From an uncultured virus (IMG/VR IMGVR_UViG_3300027708_002017) (taxonomy: Duplodnaviria > Heunggongvirae > Uroviricota > Caudoviricetes), in the IMG/VR virus record IMGVR_UViG_3300027708_002017: 64,000 bases of DNA; one strand, given 5' to 3'. Below the pieces are notes generated by a model that was not told where the DNA came from, did not search any database, and saw nothing but the letters and a program-made list of their open reading frames with translations. This document shows positions 61,970 through 64,000 of the stretch, piece after piece. Position numbers and translations under genes: made by a program. Every line of letters starts with the position of its first letter. Position 1 is the first letter of the stretch.

Positions 61970-63143
61970 TAATTAACTGACTCCACTCGGGGAATGTATC
62001 TTTAAAAGATATTTTATTATTTTGATCTAGCCACGTATTGTATGTTATTCCTTTTTGGAATAGTTCTTCATCACCTTTAAATTGACTAGCTAAACTGTTT
62101 AACTGCCAGCTATTTAAATCTGTGGATCTGTTTAGTATAATATCTTTATAAAAACTTGGCAACACACCGACTGATAAGAACACAGGATCATATACATAAT
62201 TCATATGAACATGTAACCCTCTTGCCTGCATAAAATTATGAAATTCATTTACGTAGTATACATTTAGCCAGCTTATAGTTTGACATACACTTGTTTCAAT
62301 CCAGGGAAATGATTGAAGTTTATCTAAATTATCAATAACAGTATCCCAGTCGGACCCGGCACGAATGTAATCATTACGTTTGCCTAAGTCATCTATGCTG
62401 GCAGTTATTTGTACCTTTTTAAAGCTACTCCATAAATCAATTAACTTGTCTGGCAAGTTAGTCATGTTTATGTTATACCATAGAGTAATTTGTTTGTTTA
62501 GACCACGTTTGATTAATTCTTCTAAGTAACGCCAGTGTTTCTCTACTAGTGTAGGCTCACCACCGTTGACATAAATTAGTTCAACATCTTTGCTATGCTC
62601 GAACAGGTCATCCCAAAACTCGTCACTTTCGGTCCAGTCACTATTAATCTTTCTATCGTAGTGTGTTACAAATTTTAACTCTTGTTGTAGTTTTTGATAG
62701 GGTTGTATCCAGTTTGTACTGCTAGCAGGATTACAGGTTCGGCATTTAAGATTACATAAGTTACCTAGTCGTAGTTCGATAAACTTAAAATTAACGGGTA
62801 TAGTGCCATCTTTTTGTGTGATAGCACGAGCCATATCTTCTGTGAACCTTAGTTTGTCGTTTTCTTCTACACGTTTACTTCTAACACCGTTAGCTTCTTC
62901 TTGGAAACAACGTTCACACGCCTTAGGTACAATACCGTTGAGCATTTCTAATCTGGTAGCCTTATAATAATCGCTATTCATAATATCACTTATTTTGTGA
63001 TTATTAAGATCAAGATATGTCAAAGGTTGATAATTTTTAGCTCGACTGGCGGCCCCACGATGATCACTTACACAGCATAATGTAGCACCCCCGTCAGGGT
63101 GCGTAGCTAAGTGTATCCAAGGTAAACTGCAATAGGTACTCAT
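61947..63143 (-). CDS. radical SAM protein (twitch-like N-terminus)
   Basis: CSLPW...LCC...CERC; CNLKCRTC; GGEP; SIDD. Confidence 0.9.
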   Translation of the reverse strand: MSTYCSLPWIHLATHPDGGATLCCVSDHRGAASRAKNYQPLTYLDLNNHKISDIMNSDYYKATRLEMLNGIVPKACERCFQEEANGVRSKRVEENDKLRFTEDMARAITQKDGTIPVNFKFIELRLGNLCNLKCRTCNPASSTNWIQPYQKLQQELKFVTHYDRKINSDWTESDEFWDDLFEHSKDVELIYVNGGEPTLVEKHWRYLEELIKRGLNKQITLWYNINMTNLPDKLIDLWSSFKKVQITASIDDLGKRNDYIRAGSDWDTVIDNLDKLQSFPWIETSVCQTISWLNVYYVNEFHNFMQARGLHVHMNYVYDPVFLSVGVLPSFYKDIILNRSTDLNSWQLNSLASQFKGDEELFQKGITYNTWLDQNNKISFKDTFPEWSQLINEQAIAQ

Positions 63144-64000
63144 TTAGGTCCTAGTTCCTTAATAAAGATTTCATCCATCCATGGATAAATTCCACGCCAG
63201 TTTTGTTTACGTCTGACATCTAGCTCATCAAGATAGTCTCTAAGTTCTTTCATTTGTTCTTTGTTAACTTCTGAACTTTTAATTTGTACAGCAAACCCTT
63301 CAAGATAATTTACATAAGAGTTATCGAGTCTAGAAGCAGAGTCTACTAACTTATCTGTATATTCTGTTAAGTAGTGGCCAAAGACACTTGGGTCTAAGAA
63401 TGTAGGATGTGCCACCACATTCCAACCTTGTCTAATATGTTTAATTTTATTCCACTCTACAATCTTATCTGTTAGTTTATATGCTGTAGGCAAGGTGATA
63501 GGACTTAATGTAGATTGTACAAACACACTTATTTCTGGAATGCTCAATAAAATATTAAAGTTATCTTCCCAGTTCTTTAAACTCATTCCGTTTCTGGCAT
63601 ACTCTTGTTCTTCGTCCCAGCAATCTATACTACAAACAATTTCAAAGCGACGGATCTTGTTTTGTTTAATCAAGTCAACAATTTTATTCATCTTAACTTC
63701 AAATTGTTGTGTATTATGTTTAAGATTACTAAATACTTTCCAGTTAAGATTTGGGTTGTTATGTGTTTCAAAAAAGTCTAAACATTCTTGAAACTCAGGT
63801 TGGAACATAGGCTCACCGCCTAACACTTGCAAATCATATAAATGATGTGCGTGTTCTTCCATCCATTCCCAAAACTCTCTTTTCCATTGTTCGTATAACG
63901 GTTTAGCACTCCAGTTACCATGCAAATTATATCTTTCACTGATAGGTCCAAACTTTTTAATTTCGTGTTCAATAACACTACTAAACATAGGGCTACAATA
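63140..64000 (-). CDS. radical SAM protein, 5' end outside the window
   Basis: Frame is open to the edge, reading YCSP (end of CxxxCxYC); GGEP, SIDC, YARNG. Confidence 0.85.
   Translation of the reverse strand, partial: YCSPMFSSVIEHEIKKFGPISERYNLHGNWSAKPLYEQWKREFWEWMEEHAHHLYDLQVLGGEPMFQPEFQECLDFFETHNNPNLNWKVFSNLKHNTQQFEVKMNKIVDLIKQNKIRRFEIVCSIDCWDEEQEYARNGMSLKNWEDNFNILLSIPEISVFVQSTLSPITLPTAYKLTDKIVEWNKIKHIRQGWNVVAHPTFLDPSVFGHYLTEYTDKLVDSASRLDNSYVNYLEGFAVQIKSSEVNKEQMKELRDYLDELDVRRKQNWRGIYPWMDEIFIKELGPK

Noticed and set aside
1..64000. Alternative genetic code (stop-codon recoding)
   Set aside because: Code 11 gives dense, full-length genes with tight junctions; no systematic fragmentation.
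1..64000. CRISPR array, tRNAs, integrase or transposase
   Set aside because: Intergenic gaps are short and I saw no repeat-spacer pattern, cloverleaf or recombinase motif; a tRNA scan was not run.
57499..64000. Calling one radical SAM gene queE
   Set aside because: QueE-type motifs are not evident, and these proteins are larger with N-terminal auxiliary Cys domains.

Overview
A 64-kb segment of a large AT-rich myovirus (jumbo-phage-like, T4-related gene content, standard genetic code, almost all genes on the minus strand). A two-component spanin indicates a Gram-negative host. In window order it contains: (1) a translationally coupled nucleotide-modification operon (TGT/DpdA-like transglycosylase, Gfo/Idh/MocA and MDR dehydrogenases, 2OG-Fe oxygenase, QueD-like T-fold protein) downstream of PolB, a UDP-sugar dehydrogenase and a probable clamp; (2) a ~10-kb block of probable capsid-internal proteins with short N-terminal leaders ending in Glu, including a KxDG ligase-like/HxGH nucleotidyltransferase pair, with Dps embedded; (3) DnaJ-Def-ClpA; (4) a lysis cassette; (5) PhoH, clamp loader, MazG-like protein, GroES and a DnaE fragment; (6) tail/baseplate genes, including a structural protein with an inserted heme peroxidase and a 4356-aa fibre; (7) ErpA/IscA, SOD, UvdE, QueD; (8) a run of five radical-SAM genes. 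Strongest leads: the virion-borne peroxidase with a late, leader-bearing SOD; a recursively nested (A6-AB-B6) repeat stalk in the giant fibre; a candidate sugar/redox-elaborated deazaguanine modification pathway; and structured 5' leaders (pseudoknot before queD, twin 8-nt-loop hairpins before polB). All calls rest on motifs read by eye; no searches were run.
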